The notes: generated by a model not told the origin, from the letters alone. A stretch of 64,000 nucleotides of DNA from an uncultured Alphaproteobacteria bacterium (GCA_963699665.1 CAVOUR010000014.1:271877-335876), one strand, 5' to 3'. Positions 44,371-55,945 are shown, numbered from the stretch's first letter. Translations and numbers: made by a program.

Positions 44371-44668
44371 TGTTGCTCTCCTCATGGGTTCCTCCGCCGC
44401 GCCGGTGCGCCAGGTTCTGCGCCGGTTTCTGCGCCGGTCTTGCGCCACGTTCCCAAGCGCGGCGCTGCCGGGCGCGCGCCGTTTCGGCGATACCGCTATG
44501 GCGACAGGATAGCAGTCCGCGCCCCGCGCGCCAGACCGGGTGTGGCCAATCAGCGCGCTTGTGAAAACGGCTCGCCGCCCTCGCGCCGCCACACGACATC
44601 TGCTAGTGGGGGCCGGTTGCGCGGCCCGAGACGATGATGATGCGCAGGCAGCCGGTGTGGAGCGCGGG

Positions 44669-45739
44669 ATGCTGACGAGATTGCGCGGCACTGCGCACTT
44701 CTTCGACCGGAAGATCGGCCTGAGCCGGATCGGCATCCTGCTCAGCCTCATCATCATCGTCGTCGCCGTCGTGGTGCTGTATCGCATCCTGCGCGATATC
44801 GACGTCGACACCCTGATCGATGCGCTGGAAGCGACCGACTGGCGGACGCTGATTATCGCCGGGCTGTTCGTCGCTGCCGGCTATCTGACGCTGACCTGCT
44901 ACGACCTGTTCGCGCTGCGTACCATCGGGCATCCGGAGGTGCCCTACCGCATCGCCGCGCTCGGCGGCTTCACCAGCTATGCGGTGGGGCACAATGTCGG
45001 CGCCAGCGTGTTCTCCGGCGGCGCCGTGCGCTACCGCATCTATTCCGACTGGGGCCTCTCGGTCATCGAGGTGACCAAGATCTGCTTCATCTCCGGGCTG
45101 ACATTCTGGCTCGGCAACGTCACCGTGCTGGGGCTCGGTATTCTCTATGCGCCGCAGGCCGCGCGCGCCATCGACCAGCTGCCGCTCTGGACCAACCGCG
45201 TATTTGCGGTGCTGCTGCTCGCGCTGCTCACCGCCTACGTGGCCTGGGTCTGGGTCAAGCCGCGGGTGATCGGGCGCGACGGTTGGCAGGTGACGCTGCC
45301 CGGCGGGCCGCTGACGCTCATTCAGATCGCCATCGGCATCGTCGATCTGGCCTGCTGCGCGACCGCCATGTACATGCTGGTGCCCGACGAGCCCAATCTC
45401 GGCTTCGTCACCGTGGCGGTGATTTTCGTCGCCGCCACGTTGCTGGGCTTCGCCAGTCACGCCCCGGGCGGGCTCGGCGTGTTCGACGCCGCGATGATGG
45501 TCGCGCTCTGGCAATTCGACAAGGAAGACCTGCTCGCCGGCCTGCTGCTGTTTCGGTTGCTCTACTACATCATTCCTTTCGCGGTCTCCCTGGTCATCCT
45601 GGGAGCGCGCGAGCTGCTGCTCGGCCGCACCATCCGCCGCATGGCAACAGCACCGCCGGCATCGCCGGGGCAGGCGGCAGCGCCGCCGCCGCTCGATACG
45701 ATGAGCGAATGCGTGCGCGAGCAATCGCGCGCATCCTGA
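44669..45739 (+). CDS. UPF0104 / lysylphosphatidylglycerol-synthase-TM-region family membrane protein
   Basis: A multi-TM protein counted from MLTRLRGTAHFFDRKIGLSRIGILLSLIIIVVAVVVLY…. Confidence 0.7.
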   Translation: MLTRLRGTAHFFDRKIGLSRIGILLSLIIIVVAVVVLYRILRDIDVDTLIDALEATDWRTLIIAGLFVAAGYLTLTCYDLFALRTIGHPEVPYRIAALGGFTSYAVGHNVGASVFSGGAVRYRIYSDWGLSVIEVTKICFISGLTFWLGNVTVLGLGILYAPQAARAIDQLPLWTNRVFAVLLLALLTAYVAWVWVKPRVIGRDGWQVTLPGGPLTLIQIAIGIVDLACCATAMYMLVPDEPNLGFVTVAVIFVAATLLGFASHAPGGLGVFDAAMMVALWQFDKEDLLAGLLLFRLLYYIIPFAVSLVILGARELLLGRTIRRMATAPPASPGQAAAPPPLDTMSECVREQSRAS

Positions 45740-45788
45740 TCCGCACCGCGCCGCGGCCTGGCGCGCAATGCCGCCGTGAGCCTGTCCG

Positions 45789-47081
45789 ATGAGCCTGAAT
45801 GAGAATCGCGCCGCGTTCGGGACCCGCAGAGCGCCTGGCGTGCGTTTTGTGATCGTGACGGCCTTGCTGGTCTTCGGCGTCTTGGCGCTGGCGGGCGTAC
45901 TCGCCGTGGCCTACGCCGCCGCCGGCTTCCTGGTGATGGCGCTCGCCGCGCTGTTGGCGATGCGATCCGGCGACGCCGGCGATCGCCTGGCCCAGCCGGT
46001 CTCGGTCGCGGCGCGCGACGACGATCCGCTCCGCGCCGTGATCGCCGGGCTGCCCGATCCGGTCATCGCGCTCGACCGCGACGGCCGTGTGCTGGCGCTC
46101 AACGACCAGGCGCGGGCGCTGGCGCCGGCGCTGCGGCAGGGTGAGCCGGTTTCGCTGGCGCTGCGCATGCCCGAACTGATCGAGGCGATCGGCCGCGCGT
46201 CGGCCGGCGGCGAGGAGCAGCGCATCCAGTATTCCGAGCGCGGGCCGCTCGATCGCTGGTTCGAGACGATCGTGGTGCCGGTGCGGCGCTCGGCGGATTT
46301 GAGCAAGCCCGACCTGGTGCTGTTGACCTTCCACGATCTGACGCCGCTGCGGCGGGTTGAGGAGATGCGCGCCGACTTCGTCGCCAATGCCAGCCACGAA
46401 TTGCGCACGCCGCTGGCGGCGTTGTCCGGCTTCATCGAGACCTTGCAGGGCTCGGCGCGCGACGACGCCAAGGCGCGCGAGCGCTTCCTCGCCATCATGA
46501 AGGAACAGGCGCACCGGATGGCGCGGCTGATCGATGACCTGCTGTCGCTGTCGCGCATCGAGCTTAACGCGCACCGCCGGCCCGATACGCCGGTCGACCT
46601 GGTGCCGATCGTCCGCCACGTGGTCGACGGCCTCGAGACGCTGGCGCGCGACCGCGGCGTCGCCGTCAACGTCGCGGCCGCCAATGCGTTGACCGCGCTC
46701 GGCGACCGCGACGAGCTCGTCCGGGTGTTCGAGAACTTGATCGAAAATGCGCTCAAATACGGCGCCGCCGGCAAACGCGTCGATATCACGCTCGCCTCCG
46801 GCGCATCGCCGGACGGCGAGCCGGAGGCGCAAGTCGGCGTGCGCGACTATGGCCCAGGCATCGCGCCGGCTCATCTGCCGCGGCTGACCGAGCGTTTCTA
46901 TCGCGTCGATGTCGCCGAGAGCCGGGCGCAGGGCGGCACCGGGCTGGGGCTGGCTTTGGTCAAGCACATTCTCAACCGCCATCGCGGCCGGCTCACCATC
47001 GAAAGCGCTCCGGGCGCCGGCGCCGCGTTCATCGTCCATTTGCCGACGGCCAGCGCCGCCGCGGCGCGGACCGCCCACTAG
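45789..47081 (+). CDS. phoR: phosphate regulon sensor histidine kinase PhoR
   Basis: It has two TM segments, a PAS domain, the H-box ASHELRTPLAALSGFIETL and an HATPase domain. It lies immediately upstream of pstSCAB-phoU-phoB. Confidence 0.85.
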   Translation: MSLNENRAAFGTRRAPGVRFVIVTALLVFGVLALAGVLAVAYAAAGFLVMALAALLAMRSGDAGDRLAQPVSVAARDDDPLRAVIAGLPDPVIALDRDGRVLALNDQARALAPALRQGEPVSLALRMPELIEAIGRASAGGEEQRIQYSERGPLDRWFETIVVPVRRSADLSKPDLVLLTFHDLTPLRRVEEMRADFVANASHELRTPLAALSGFIETLQGSARDDAKARERFLAIMKEQAHRMARLIDDLLSLSRIELNAHRRPDTPVDLVPIVRHVVDGLETLARDRGVAVNVAAANALTALGDRDELVRVFENLIENALKYGAAGKRVDITLASGASPDGEPEAQVGVRDYGPGIAPAHLPRLTERFYRVDVAESRAQGGTGLGLALVKHILNRHRGRLTIESAPGAGAAFIVHLPTASAAAARTAH

Positions 47082-47214
47082 GCCGGGCGGCCGCGAGCGG
47101 GGCAGCCCGGCTTGGCGGGCGTCCGGTTGCCCGCGACAGCCGCGAGACCATTGCGGTTGCCCACCGCCGGAACCGCCGCCATGCGGCAAATTGGCCTAGT
47201 TTCAATTGGTTACG

Positions 47215-47243
47215 GTGTCATCTGATTGTCATCTGGCGCTCAT
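47215..47243 (+). promoter_or_regulatory. candidate Pho box (PhoB binding site): GTGTCAT-ctga-TTGTCAT-ctgg-CGCTCAT, 11-bp phasing
   Basis: Direct 7-mer repeats matching CTGTCAT-N4-CTGTCAT lie ~180-200 bp upstream of pstS. Confidence 0.6.
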
Positions 47244-47423
47244 AGAACAGTGACGTGTCAAATCTAACGATGCCGCTGCCGCGAGTTCTGACTGGGCCAC
47301 CCCCTTAAGCTCCGGCGCGTTGCATAGAGACGTCGAACAAGAAAAATCGCCCCCCAGCGAGGGTGAAAAGCCGGCGTCGGTCGATGGCCAGCGCCGCCCG
47401 AATTCCACTGACAGGAGACAAAC

Positions 47424-48446
47424 GTGAAACATTTGCGAACGATTGCCGCCGCCGGCTTGCTGGCTGCGACGGTTCTTCCCGCCGCCGCCGGCGACCTCAC
47501 CGGCGCCGGATCGACCTTCGTCTACCCGGTCCTCGCCAAGTGGGCGGACGTCTACCGGAAAGACACCGGGATCGGCCTGAACTACCAATCGATCGGCTCG
47601 GGCGGCGGCATCAAGCAGATCACCGCCAAGACCGTGACGTTCGGCGCCACCGATATGCCGCTGATGCCGGCGGACATCGCCAAGAACGCCTTCGTGCAGT
47701 TTCCGGTGATCAACGGCGCCGTCGTTCCGCTGCTGAATTTGCCGGGCATCAAGCCGGGCGACATCACGCTTGACGGCCCGACACTGTCCAAGATCTTCCT
47801 CGGCGAGATCACGAAGTGGAACGATCCGGCCATCGCCAAGCTCAATGCCGGCGTCAAGCTGCCGGATACCGCGATCGCCGTCGTGCATCGCTCGGACGGA
47901 TCGGGCACCACCTTCATCTGGACCGACTACCTGTCCAAAGTCAGCCCGGAATGGAAGGACAAGGTCGGCTCGAACACCGCCGTCGAGTGGCCGGTGGGCA
48001 TCGGCGCCAAGGGCAGCGAAGGCGTTTCCAACAACGTCGCGCAGACCGTGGGCTCTCTCGGTTATGTCGAATACGCTTATGCCAAGCAGAACAACCTGAC
48101 CTACGCCAAGATGGTCAATGCGGCCGGCAAGGTCGTCGGACCGACGGCGGAAGCCTTCCTGGCAGCCGCGGCCAGCGCCGATTGGGCCAATGCCCAGGAC
48201 TTCCGCGTCATCATCACCAACGCGGCCGGCCCCACGGCCTGGCCGGTCGCCGGTTCGACCTTCATCCTGATGCAGCAGGTCCCGACCAATCCGGCCGACT
48301 CGGACGCGGCGCTGAAGTTCTTCGATTGGGGTTACAAGAACGGCAAGCAGATGGCGTCCGATCTCGACTACGTCCCAATGCCCGACAGTGTCGTGGCTTT
48401 GATCGAGAAATCCTGGAAAGAGAAAATCAAAGGCGCGAACTTCTAG
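47424..48446 (+). CDS. pstS: phosphate ABC transporter substrate-binding protein PstS
   Basis: It has a signal peptide, then …[15 protein letters not shown]…[13 protein letters not shown]…. Confidence 0.95.
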   Translation: MKHLRTIAAAGLLAATVLPAAAGDLTGAGSTFVYPVLAKWADVYRKDTGIGLNYQSIGSGGGIKQITAKTVTFGATDMPLMPADIAKNAFVQFPVINGAVVPLLNLPGIKPGDITLDGPTLSKIFLGEITKWNDPAIAKLNAGVKLPDTAIAVVHRSDGSGTTFIWTDYLSKVSPEWKDKVGSNTAVEWPVGIGAKGSEGVSNNVAQTVGSLGYVEYAYAKQNNLTYAKMVNAAGKVVGPTAEAFLAAAASADWANAQDFRVIITNAAGPTAWPVAGSTFILMQQVPTNPADSDAALKFFDWGYKNGKQMASDLDYVPMPDSVVALIEKSWKEKIKGANF

Positions 48447-48459
48447 GTTCGCAAGGTGC

Positions 48460-48494
48460 GGAAAAGGCGCCAGCGCGGCGCCTTTTCCTTTTCC
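48460..48494 (+). terminator. stem-loop with T-tract between pstS and pstC (partial terminator/attenuator)
   Basis: The stem-loop is GGAAAAGGCGCC-agcgc-GGCGCCTTTTCC, followed by TTTTCC. Confidence 0.7.
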
Positions 48495-48577
48495 ACCGGG
48501 AATACAGCGAGCGGCTTGTCGAACGACCCAGAGGCCGCTTGAGTAGCTCTCCTGACTGATACGCCGACGGAGAGAGC

Positions 48578-49594
48578 ATGCCAGCGACGGGGAGACGGCC
48601 AGTGGTCGACTTCGCATTATCGGACCGCGCGATCGTACCGGCCGCGGCGCTCGCGCGCGTCAAGGCCCTCGACCGGTTGCGCCTTGGCGACGCCGTGTTC
48701 CGCAACCTGACGCGGGCCGCGGCGATCGGCGTGTTGCTGCTGCTGAGCGGCGTCATTATTTCGCTGATCGACGGCTCTATTCCGGCATTTCGCACGTTCG
48801 GCTTCGGCTTTCTGTTCAGTTCCCGGTGGAACCCGGTCACCGACATTTTCGGCGCGGCGCCGGCCATCTACGGCACGGTCGTCACCTCGTTCATCGCCAT
48901 GCTGATCGCGGTGCCGGTGGGCCTGATGATCGCCTTCTTCCTCACCGAACTGTGCCCGCTATGGCTGCGGCGGCCGATCGGCATCGCGGTCGAGTTGCTC
49001 GCCGGCATCCCGAGCATCATCTACGGCATCTGGGGTCTGTTCATGTTCGCCCCGTTCCTGCAGGCGACGCTGGAGCCGTTCCTGATCAACACGCTGGGCA
49101 ACGTCCCGATCATCGCGCCGCTGTTTACCGGTCCGCCGTACGGCATCGGCCTGCTGACCTCGGGGCTGGTCCTCGCCATCATGGTGCTGCCGTTCGTGAC
49201 CTCGATCTCGCGCGACGTCTTCGAGGCGGTCCCCGCGGTGCTCAAGGAGGCGGCTTATGGGGTCGGCTGCACCACCTGGGAGGTCGTGCGCAATGTGGTG
49301 CTGCCCTACGCCCGGGTCGGCGTCATCGGCGGGGTCATGCTCAGCCTCGGCCGGGCGCTCGGGGAAACCATGGCGGTGACCTTCGTCATCGGCAATGCCC
49401 ACAGGATTTCGGCCTCGGTGCTGGCCCCCGGCACCACCATCTCGGCCTCCATCGCCAACGAATTCACCGAGGCGGTCGGCGATCTGTATACCTCGTCGCT
49501 GGTCGCGCTCGGATTGATCCTGTTCGTCATCACCTTCATCGTGCTGGCGGCGGCGCGCTATATGCTGATGCGAATCGAACGCCGGATCGGGTGA
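48578..49594 (+). CDS. pstC: phosphate ABC transporter permease PstC
   Basis: A multi-TM protein with the EAA-type loop …[13 protein letters not shown]…. Its position follows pstS. Confidence 0.9.
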   Translation: MPATGRRPVVDFALSDRAIVPAAALARVKALDRLRLGDAVFRNLTRAAAIGVLLLLSGVIISLIDGSIPAFRTFGFGFLFSSRWNPVTDIFGAAPAIYGTVVTSFIAMLIAVPVGLMIAFFLTELCPLWLRRPIGIAVELLAGIPSIIYGIWGLFMFAPFLQATLEPFLINTLGNVPIIAPLFTGPPYGIGLLTSGLVLAIMVLPFVTSISRDVFEAVPAVLKEAAYGVGCTTWEVVRNVVLPYARVGVIGGVMLSLGRALGETMAVTFVIGNAHRISASVLAPGTTISASIANEFTEAVGDLYTSSLVALGLILFVITFIVLAAARYMLMRIERRIG

Positions 49595-49598
49595 CGCC

Positions 49599-50486
49599 AT
49601 GCCGGAAAACACCATGTCGGAGAAAACCATCCCGGAGAAAGCCGTCTCCGCCCGCTACGTCGGCCGCCGCAGCACCAACGCCATCGCGACCGTGCTGGCG
49701 TTCGCCGCGACGGCATTCGGCTTGGGCTGGCTGGTGCTGATCCTCGGCGCCCTGCTGTGGGAGGGCTTCAGCGGACTCTCGCTCGCGGTGTTCACGCAGA
49801 TGACGCCGCCGCCCGGTTCGAGCGGCGGCCTGCTCAACCCGATCTTCGGCAGCCTCATCCTCACCATCATCGCGGTGCTGATCGGCACTCCTATCGGCAT
49901 CCTCGCCGGCACCTACCTGGCCGAATACGGCCGCTATGACCGGCTGAGCACGGTGGTGCGCTTCATCAACGATATCCTGCTCAGCGCGCCGTCGATCGTC
50001 GTCGGACTGTTCATCTACCAGGTCATTGTCGCGCCGATGGGGCACTTCTCCGGCTGGGCCGGCAGCGTTGCGCTCGCGGTCCTCGTCATCCCGGTGGTCG
50101 TGCGCACCACCGAGGACATGTTGACGCTGGTGCCGAATTCGCTGCGCGAGGCCGCGACCTCCATCGGCCTGCCGCGGTCGTTGTCGATCACGCGCATCTG
50201 CTATCGCGCCGCGCGCGCCGGCATGGTCACCGGCGTACTGCTCGCCGTGGCCCGCATCAGCGGCGAAACCGCGCCGCTGCTCTTCACCTCGCTCAACAAT
50301 CAGTTCTGGAGCACCAACCTCAACCAGCCGATCTCCAGCCTGCCGGTCATCATCTTCCAGTTCGCGCTCAGTCCCTACAAGGACTGGCAGTCGCTGGCCT
50401 GGACCGGCGCGCTCATCATCACGCTTGCGGTGCTTGCCTTGAGCATCACCGCGCGCGCTCTCGTCCCATCGGGGAAACAGTCATGA
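49599..50486 (+). CDS. pstA: phosphate ABC transporter permease PstA
   Basis: A multi-TM protein with …[12 protein letters not shown]…. Its position follows pstC. Confidence 0.9.
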   Translation: MPENTMSEKTIPEKAVSARYVGRRSTNAIATVLAFAATAFGLGWLVLILGALLWEGFSGLSLAVFTQMTPPPGSSGGLLNPIFGSLILTIIAVLIGTPIGILAGTYLAEYGRYDRLSTVVRFINDILLSAPSIVVGLFIYQVIVAPMGHFSGWAGSVALAVLVIPVVVRTTEDMLTLVPNSLREAATSIGLPRSLSITRICYRAARAGMVTGVLLAVARISGETAPLLFTSLNNQFWSTNLNQPISSLPVIIFQFALSPYKDWQSLAWTGALIITLAVLALSITARALVPSGKQS

Positions 50487-51298
50487 ACGATGCGTCAGTA
50501 GCCGTTCCGTCGGTCGCCCACGCCGCCGTCGACCGTGCCGGCCTCAAAGACAAGGTCACGATCCGCGATCTCAATTTCTTCTATGGCGAATCGCGGGCGC
50601 TGAAATCGATCAGCCTGTCGCTCTACGAAAACAAGGTCACCGCCTTCATCGGCCCGTCGGGCTGCGGCAAGTCGACCTTGCTGCGCGTGCTCAACCGCAT
50701 GTACGACCTCTATCCGCACCAGCGCGCCACCGGCGACGTGCTGTTCGACGGCGTCAACATCCTGTCGCCGAAACAGGACCTCAATCTGCTGCGCGCGCGC
50801 ATCGGCATGGTGTTCCAGAAGCCGACGCCGTTCCCGATGTCGATCTACGAGAACATCGCCTTCGGCATCCGGCTCTACGAGCGCCTGTCGAAATCCGAGC
50901 TCGACGGTCGCGTCGAAACCTCGCTGCGCCGCGCGGCGCTGTGGGAAGAAGTCAAGGACAAGCTCAACGCCAACGGGCAGAGCCTTTCGGGCGGGCAGCA
51001 GCAGCGGCTGTGCATCGCCCGCACCGTCGCGGTGCGGCCCGAGGTGATCCTGTTCGACGAGCCGTGCTCGGCGCTCGATCCGATCTCGACCGCCAAGATC
51101 GAGGAACTGATCGACGAATTGACCGACGACTACACCATCGTGATCGTCACCCACAACATGCAGCAGGCGGCGCGCGTGTCCGAGTTCACCGCCTTCATGT
51201 ACCTTGGCGAACTGATCGAGTTCGACTCGACCAGCAAGATATTCACCGCGCCGCACGATCAGCGCACGCAAGACTACATCACTGGCCGCTTTGGGTGA
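50483..51298 (+). CDS. pstB: phosphate ABC transporter ATP-binding protein PstB
   Basis: The Walker A motif is GPSGCGKST, the signature LSGGQQQRL, and the Walker B ILFDEP. The start overlaps the pstA stop. Confidence 0.95.
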   Translation: MNDASVAVPSVAHAAVDRAGLKDKVTIRDLNFFYGESRALKSISLSLYENKVTAFIGPSGCGKSTLLRVLNRMYDLYPHQRATGDVLFDGVNILSPKQDLNLLRARIGMVFQKPTPFPMSIYENIAFGIRLYERLSKSELDGRVETSLRRAALWEEVKDKLNANGQSLSGGQQQRLCIARTVAVRPEVILFDEPCSALDPISTAKIEELIDELTDDYTIVIVTHNMQQAARVSEFTAFMYLGELIEFDSTSKIFTAPHDQRTQDYITGRFG

Positions 51299-51303
51299 TC
51301 GCC

Positions 51304-52035
51304 ATGACCGAATTCCCTACCAGGATCGACCATACCGCCAAGGCGTTCGACAGCGACCTTGAGGAAATCACCCGCAAAGTCGCGGAGATGGGGGGGCTGA
51401 CCGAGCGGCAAATCACCGATGCCGTCACCGCCCTGGTGGATCGCGATATGGAGCTCGGCGAACGCGTGATCGCCACCGATCCCCAGATCGACGCCCTGCA
51501 GCGCGACATCGAGGAAAAGGCCATCCTCACCATCGCGCGGCGACAGCCGATGGCCATCGACCTGCGCGAAGTGGTCGGCGCCATGCGGGTGTGCAACGAC
51601 CTCGAGCGCATCGGCGACCATGCCAAGCACCTCGGCAAGCGCGTCGTCGCGCTCGACGGCGACTTCTACCCGCAGAAACTGATCCGCGGCGTCGAGCATA
51701 TGGCCGAATTGGTGTCGGCCCAGCTCAAGCAGGTGCTCGACGCCTATGCCAGCCGCGACCTGCAGGCCGCGCTCGTGGTCTGGAAGGGCGACGAGGAAGT
51801 CGACCTGATGTGCACCTCGCTGTTCCGCGAGCTGCTCACCTACATGATGGAAGACCCGCGCAACATCACGTTCTGCATGCACCTGATGTTCTGCGCCAAG
51901 GATATCGAGCGCATGGGCGACCACGCCACCAACATCGCCGAGACCGTCTACTACATGATCGAAGGACGCCCGATCACGGATCCCCGTCCGAAGGGCGACA
52001 CCACGAGCTTCGGCGCAGCCGTGCTGCAGAAATAA
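51304..52035 (+). CDS. phoU: phosphate signalling complex protein PhoU
   Basis: Counted from MTEFPTRIDHTAKAFDSDLEEI…. It has duplicated E(R)IGDHA motifs. Confidence 0.9.
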   Translation: MTEFPTRIDHTAKAFDSDLEEITRKVAEMGGLTERQITDAVTALVDRDMELGERVIATDPQIDALQRDIEEKAILTIARRQPMAIDLREVVGAMRVCNDLERIGDHAKHLGKRVVALDGDFYPQKLIRGVEHMAELVSAQLKQVLDAYASRDLQAALVVWKGDEEVDLMCTSLFRELLTYMMEDPRNITFCMHLMFCAKDIERMGDHATNIAETVYYMIEGRPITDPRPKGDTTSFGAAVLQK

Positions 52036-52050
52036 CAACAGGAGACCGGG

Positions 52051-52752
52051 ATGGGAGCCAACATCCTGATCGTGGAAGACGAAGAGCCGTTGACCACGTT
52101 GTTGCGCTACAATCTCGAGGCCGAGGGTTACGAGGTCGACTCCGTGACCCGCGGCGATGACGCCGATACGCGGCTGCGCGAAACCGCGCCCGACCTGATC
52201 GTGCTCGACTGGATGCTGCCCGGCCTGTCCGGCATCGAGCTGTGCCGGCGGCTGCGGGCGCGGCCGCAGACGCAAAGCCTGCCGATCATCATGCTCACCG
52301 CGCGCGGCGAGGAGAGCGAGCGGGTGCGCGGCCTGGCCACCGGCGCCGACGACTACATCGTCAAGCCGTTTTCGGTGCCGGAACTGCTGGCGCGCATCCG
52401 CGCGCTGTTGCGCCGCGCCAGCCCCGAGCGCGTCGCCACGGTGCTCAACATCGGCGATCTCGAGCTCGACCGCGAAAAGAAACGGGTGTCGCGCTCGGCC
52501 CGGCCGGTCGATCTCGGGCCGACCGAATTCCGCCTGCTGGAATTTCTGATGGAGCGCCCCGGCCGGGTATTTTCCCGCGAGCAGCTGCTCGACGGCGTCT
52601 GGGGCAGCGACGTCTATATCGACGAGCGCACGGTCGACGTTCACGTCGGCCGGCTGCGCAAGGCGCTCAACCGCGGCCAAGCCGTCGATCCGATCCGCAC
52701 CGTGCGCGGCGCCGGCTATTCGCTCGACGACCGGTTCGGCAAGGCGAACTGA
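52051..52752 (+). CDS. phoB: phosphate regulon response regulator PhoB (OmpR family)
   Basis: The receiver is ILIVEDEEPL…LDWMLPGLSG…. The winged helix is …RTVDVHVGRLRKAL…. Confidence 0.95.
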   Translation: MGANILIVEDEEPLTTLLRYNLEAEGYEVDSVTRGDDADTRLRETAPDLIVLDWMLPGLSGIELCRRLRARPQTQSLPIIMLTARGEESERVRGLATGADDYIVKPFSVPELLARIRALLRRASPERVATVLNIGDLELDREKKRVSRSARPVDLGPTEFRLLEFLMERPGRVFSREQLLDGVWGSDVYIDERTVDVHVGRLRKALNRGQAVDPIRTVRGAGYSLDDRFGKAN

Positions 52753-52838
52753 TCGGCGGTCAACTCGCCGCCGCGACGGCGCCGATCCGGCGCGAAATCG
52801 TTCCAGATCGGATCGATGGTCGCTCCAGGGTTTTGATG

Positions 52839-52883
52839 GAGCACGATCTTCCCGGAAATCAGCCCGCCATTTCCCGGATCATC
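52839..52883. repeat. dispersed palindromic repeat (copy 4 of 4, more degenerate)
   Basis: The sequence is GAGCACGATCttcCCGGAAAtcagcccgccaTTTCCCGGATCATc. Confidence 0.55.
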
Positions 52884-52927
52884 GGTGGCTGGATGCCGTG
52901 CTTGCGCGGCAATGGGCGGAGATCAGC

Positions 52928-53422
52928 TCACCGCATCGGCCGCCGTTCCCGGCGCCGATCCGTTGCCGGCTGGTAGGCGACGCGCGAGTGATAGGCGCAA
53001 TAGGGCAGGCCGCTCACCGTATTGCCGCCGCAGAAGAAAAAGTCGGTGCTGCCGGGATCGCCGACCGGCCAATGGCAGGTTTGCTCGTTGAGTTCCAGGA
53101 TGGTCCGGCGCTGGCCGATCGGAATGACGTTGTCGATCAGCTGCGGCTCGGCGTCCGCCTCGATGTCGTAGGCATGAGCGAGCGCGGTATTGCCGCGGAT
53201 CGCGCCGCGGCCGATGCGCAGCAGCGAGGGCGCCCGCGCTTTGCGCGGCCGGGGCGCGCCGTTCGACGTGCTTTTGGCCCGGCCGGACAAGCCCAGGCGA
53301 TGCACCTTGCCGATCACGGCATTGCGGGTAATGCCGCCAAGCTCGGCCGCGATCTGGCTGGCCGAAAGCCCGTCGGACCAGAGCTTCTTGAGCAATTCGA
53401 CCCGCTCGTCAGTCCACGACAT
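52928..53422 (-). CDS. gcrA: cell-cycle transcriptional regulator GcrA
   Basis: It has the N-terminus MSWTDERVELLKKLWSDGLSASQIAAELGGITRNAVIGKVHRLGL and the C-terminus …CHWPVGDP…FCG…. Confidence 0.9.
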   Translation of the reverse strand: MSWTDERVELLKKLWSDGLSASQIAAELGGITRNAVIGKVHRLGLSGRAKSTSNGAPRPRKARAPSLLRIGRGAIRGNTALAHAYDIEADAEPQLIDNVIPIGQRRTILELNEQTCHWPVGDPGSTDFFFCGGNTVSGLPYCAYHSRVAYQPATDRRRERRPMR

Positions 53423-53795
53423 GCGTCATTCTCCTCAAACCTTCGGGGCCGAAGCCTCGATTGCGAATCCTTCACCGAGCCGGGCAGCGCGCCGCCGCCC
53501 AACACGCACTCGTCACCAAACACTTTAGAAGACTGTCCGCCGCACGATATGTCGTACTTGACAATCAAAAGGCTACAATATGGCGTGAGTTTGACGCAAC
53601 GGCCGAGACATCTGCGTCAACAGTTTCCTGTCCGCATGTGGACGAGGGCGACCTAAAGCGAGTTGGCGACGCCGCTTTCTCATGTTGACCCGATGCGCGC
53701 GCGCCCATAAAATTGCGCACCGTGCCGCCCGGCGAGGCGGCACATTTCGTTTCAGCCACGCGGATTTTGCTGCGCGGCGGCTTACGGGCTCAGCC

Positions 53796-55031
53796 GTGAC
53801 ATCGCATCTGATGCCGACCTTTGCGCGCGTCAACCTCGCTTTCGAGCGGGGCGAAGGCGTCTGGCTCATAGCCACCGACGGCGAGCGCTATCTCGACTTT
53901 ACCTCCGGCGTCGCCGTCAACGCGCTGGGCCACGGGCACCCGCAGCTGGTCGCCGCGCTCACCGCCCAGGCGGCGAAGCTGTGGCACGTCTCCAACCTCT
54001 ACGAGATCCCCGAAGCCGAGCAGGTGGCGCGGCGGCTGTGCGCGGCGAGCTTCGCCGACGTGGTGTTCTTCTGCAATTCCGGCGCCGAAGCGGTTGAAGG
54101 CGCCATCAAGACCGCGCGCAAGTTCCACGCCGTGAACGGTCGGCCCGAGCGGTTCCGTATCGTCACGTTCGAAGGCGCCTTCCATGGCCGGACGCTGGCA
54201 ACGCTCGCCGCCGGCGGCCAGAAAAAATACCTGGAAGGCTTCGGACCGGTGGTCGAGGGCTTCGACCAGGTTCCATTCGGCGATTTCGAAGCCGTCAAGC
54301 GCGCCGTCGGTACGGAGACCGCCGGCATCATGATCGAGCCACTGATGGGCGAAGGCGGCGTCCGCGTCGTCGAGCCGGCCTTCCTGCGAGCGCTGCGCGA
54401 GCTTTGCGACCAGCACGGCCTCATGCTCATCTTCGATGAAGTGCAGAGCGGCATGGGGCGCACCGGCGAGCTGTTCGCCTATCAGCGCACCGGCGTCGTG
54501 CCCGACATCATGTCGCTTGCCAAAGCGCTGGGCGGCGGTTTTCCGGTCGGCGCCTTTCTCGCCACCAGCGAGGCGGCCGAAGGCATGACCGCCGGCACCC
54601 ACGGCTCGACCTTCGGCGGCAATCCGCTGGCCATGAGCGCCGCCAATGCCACCCTCGACGTGATGCTGGCGCCGGGCTTCTTCGATCATGTCAAGCGCAT
54701 CGGCATCCTGCTCCGGCAGCGCCTGGCGGAAATCAAGGACCGCTATCCGTCGGTGATCGCCGAAGTGCGCGGCGAAGGGTTGTTGATCGGCCTGCGCGCC
54801 GTGGTTCCGGCCGCCGACCTGGTCGCGGCGACGCGCGCCGAGAGAATGCTCACGGTCGGCGCCGGCGACAATGTGGTGCGCCTCTTGCCGCCGCTGATCA
54901 TCAGCGAGCAGGAAATGGCCGAAGGTGTGACGCGGCTCGAGCGCGCCTGCGCCAGGCTCAGCCGCACGGCGGCCAACCCCGCGACGGCAGGAGAGAACGC
55001 AGGGGGCCGCACGCAAGAGGCCGGCCGATGA
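53796..55031 (+). CDS. argD: acetylornithine (succinylornithine-type) aminotransferase
   Basis: The sequence …[20 protein letters not shown]…[16 protein letters not shown]… matches the family. The start is either GTG 53796 or ATG 53811. Confidence 0.9.
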   Translation: MTSHLMPTFARVNLAFERGEGVWLIATDGERYLDFTSGVAVNALGHGHPQLVAALTAQAAKLWHVSNLYEIPEAEQVARRLCAASFADVVFFCNSGAEAVEGAIKTARKFHAVNGRPERFRIVTFEGAFHGRTLATLAAGGQKKYLEGFGPVVEGFDQVPFGDFEAVKRAVGTETAGIMIEPLMGEGGVRVVEPAFLRALRELCDQHGLMLIFDEVQSGMGRTGELFAYQRTGVVPDIMSLAKALGGGFPVGAFLATSEAAEGMTAGTHGSTFGGNPLAMSAANATLDVMLAPGFFDHVKRIGILLRQRLAEIKDRYPSVIAEVRGEGLLIGLRAVVPAADLVAATRAERMLTVGAGDNVVRLLPPLIISEQEMAEGVTRLERACARLSRTAANPATAGENAGGRTQEAGR

Positions 55032-55945
55032 GCGGCATCCGCCACTTCCTCGACCTGATCGACGTGCCGGCGGTGGACCTGCGCCGGATGATCGAGACGG
55101 CGCGTGCGATGAAGGCCAAGCGTCGCAGCCCGGAGGACCGGCCGCTGGCCGGAAAAACCCTGGCGATGATCTTCGAGCGGCCATCCACCCGCACCCGCGT
55201 CTCGTTCGAAGTCGCCATGCGCCAACTCGGCGGCGACGTCATTCTGCTGACCGCGGAGGAAATGCAGCTCGGCCGCGGCGAGACGCTGGCCGACACCGCG
55301 CGCGTGCTGTCGCGCTACATCGACGCCATCATGATCCGCACGCTCGACGCGGAAGCGCTGGAAGAATTGGCGCGCCATGCCGCCGTGCCGGTGATCAACG
55401 GCCTGACCCGGCGCTCGCATCCCTGCCAAGTGATGGCGGACGTCATGACGTTCGAGGAACATCGCGGACCGATCCGCGGCCGCACCGTGGCCTGGACCGG
55501 CGACGCCAACAACGTCCTGACCTCGTGGATGCACGCGGCCGAGCGTTTCGAGTTCCGCCTGCGTGTGGCGACGCCGCCGGAGCTTGCGCCGAAGCGGCCG
55601 TTGCTCGACTGGATAAAGTCGTCCGGCGCCGCGATCAGCCTCGGCACCGACCCCGAGGAGGCGGTGAAAGCCGCCGACTGCGTCGTCACCGACACCTGGG
55701 TATCCATGGGCGACCGCAATGGCGCCCGCCGCCACAACCTGCTCAAGCGCTATCAGGTCAATGCCCGGCTGATGGCGCGCGCCAAGCCGGACGCCATTTT
55801 CATGCACTGCCTGCCGGCCCATCGCGGCGAGGAAGTCACCGACGAGGTGATAGACGGCCCGCACTCGGTGGTGTTCGACGAAGCCGAGAACCGGCTCCAT
55901 GCCCAGAAGGGAATCCTGGCCTGGTGCCTGGCGGCCGAGGTCTGA
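55028..55945 (+). CDS. argF: ornithine carbamoyltransferase
   Basis: The [13 protein letters not shown] and [10 protein letters not shown] motifs are present. The start overlaps the argD stop. Confidence 0.95.
   Translation: MSGIRHFLDLIDVPAVDLRRMIETARAMKAKRRSPEDRPLAGKTLAMIFERPSTRTRVSFEVAMRQLGGDVILLTAEEMQLGRGETLADTARVLSRYIDAIMIRTLDAEALEELARHAAVPVINGLTRRSHPCQVMADVMTFEEHRGPIRGRTVAWTGDANNVLTSWMHAAERFEFRLRVATPPELAPKRPLLDWIKSSGAAISLGTDPEEAVKAADCVVTDTWVSMGDRNGARRHNLLKRYQVNARLMARAKPDAIFMHCLPAHRGEEVTDEVIDGPHSVVFDEAENRLHAQKGILAWCLAAEV

Noticed and set aside
45594-48617. 531-aa and 462-aa minus-strand ORFs
   Set aside because: They lie antisense to phoR and pstS respectively, both unambiguous on the + strand.
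53423-53795. CtrA boxes or a GANTC methylation-site cluster in the gcrA upstream region
   Set aside because: I found only a single GAATC (about 53466) and no TTAA-N7-TTAA. That is insufficient to call a regulatory site.
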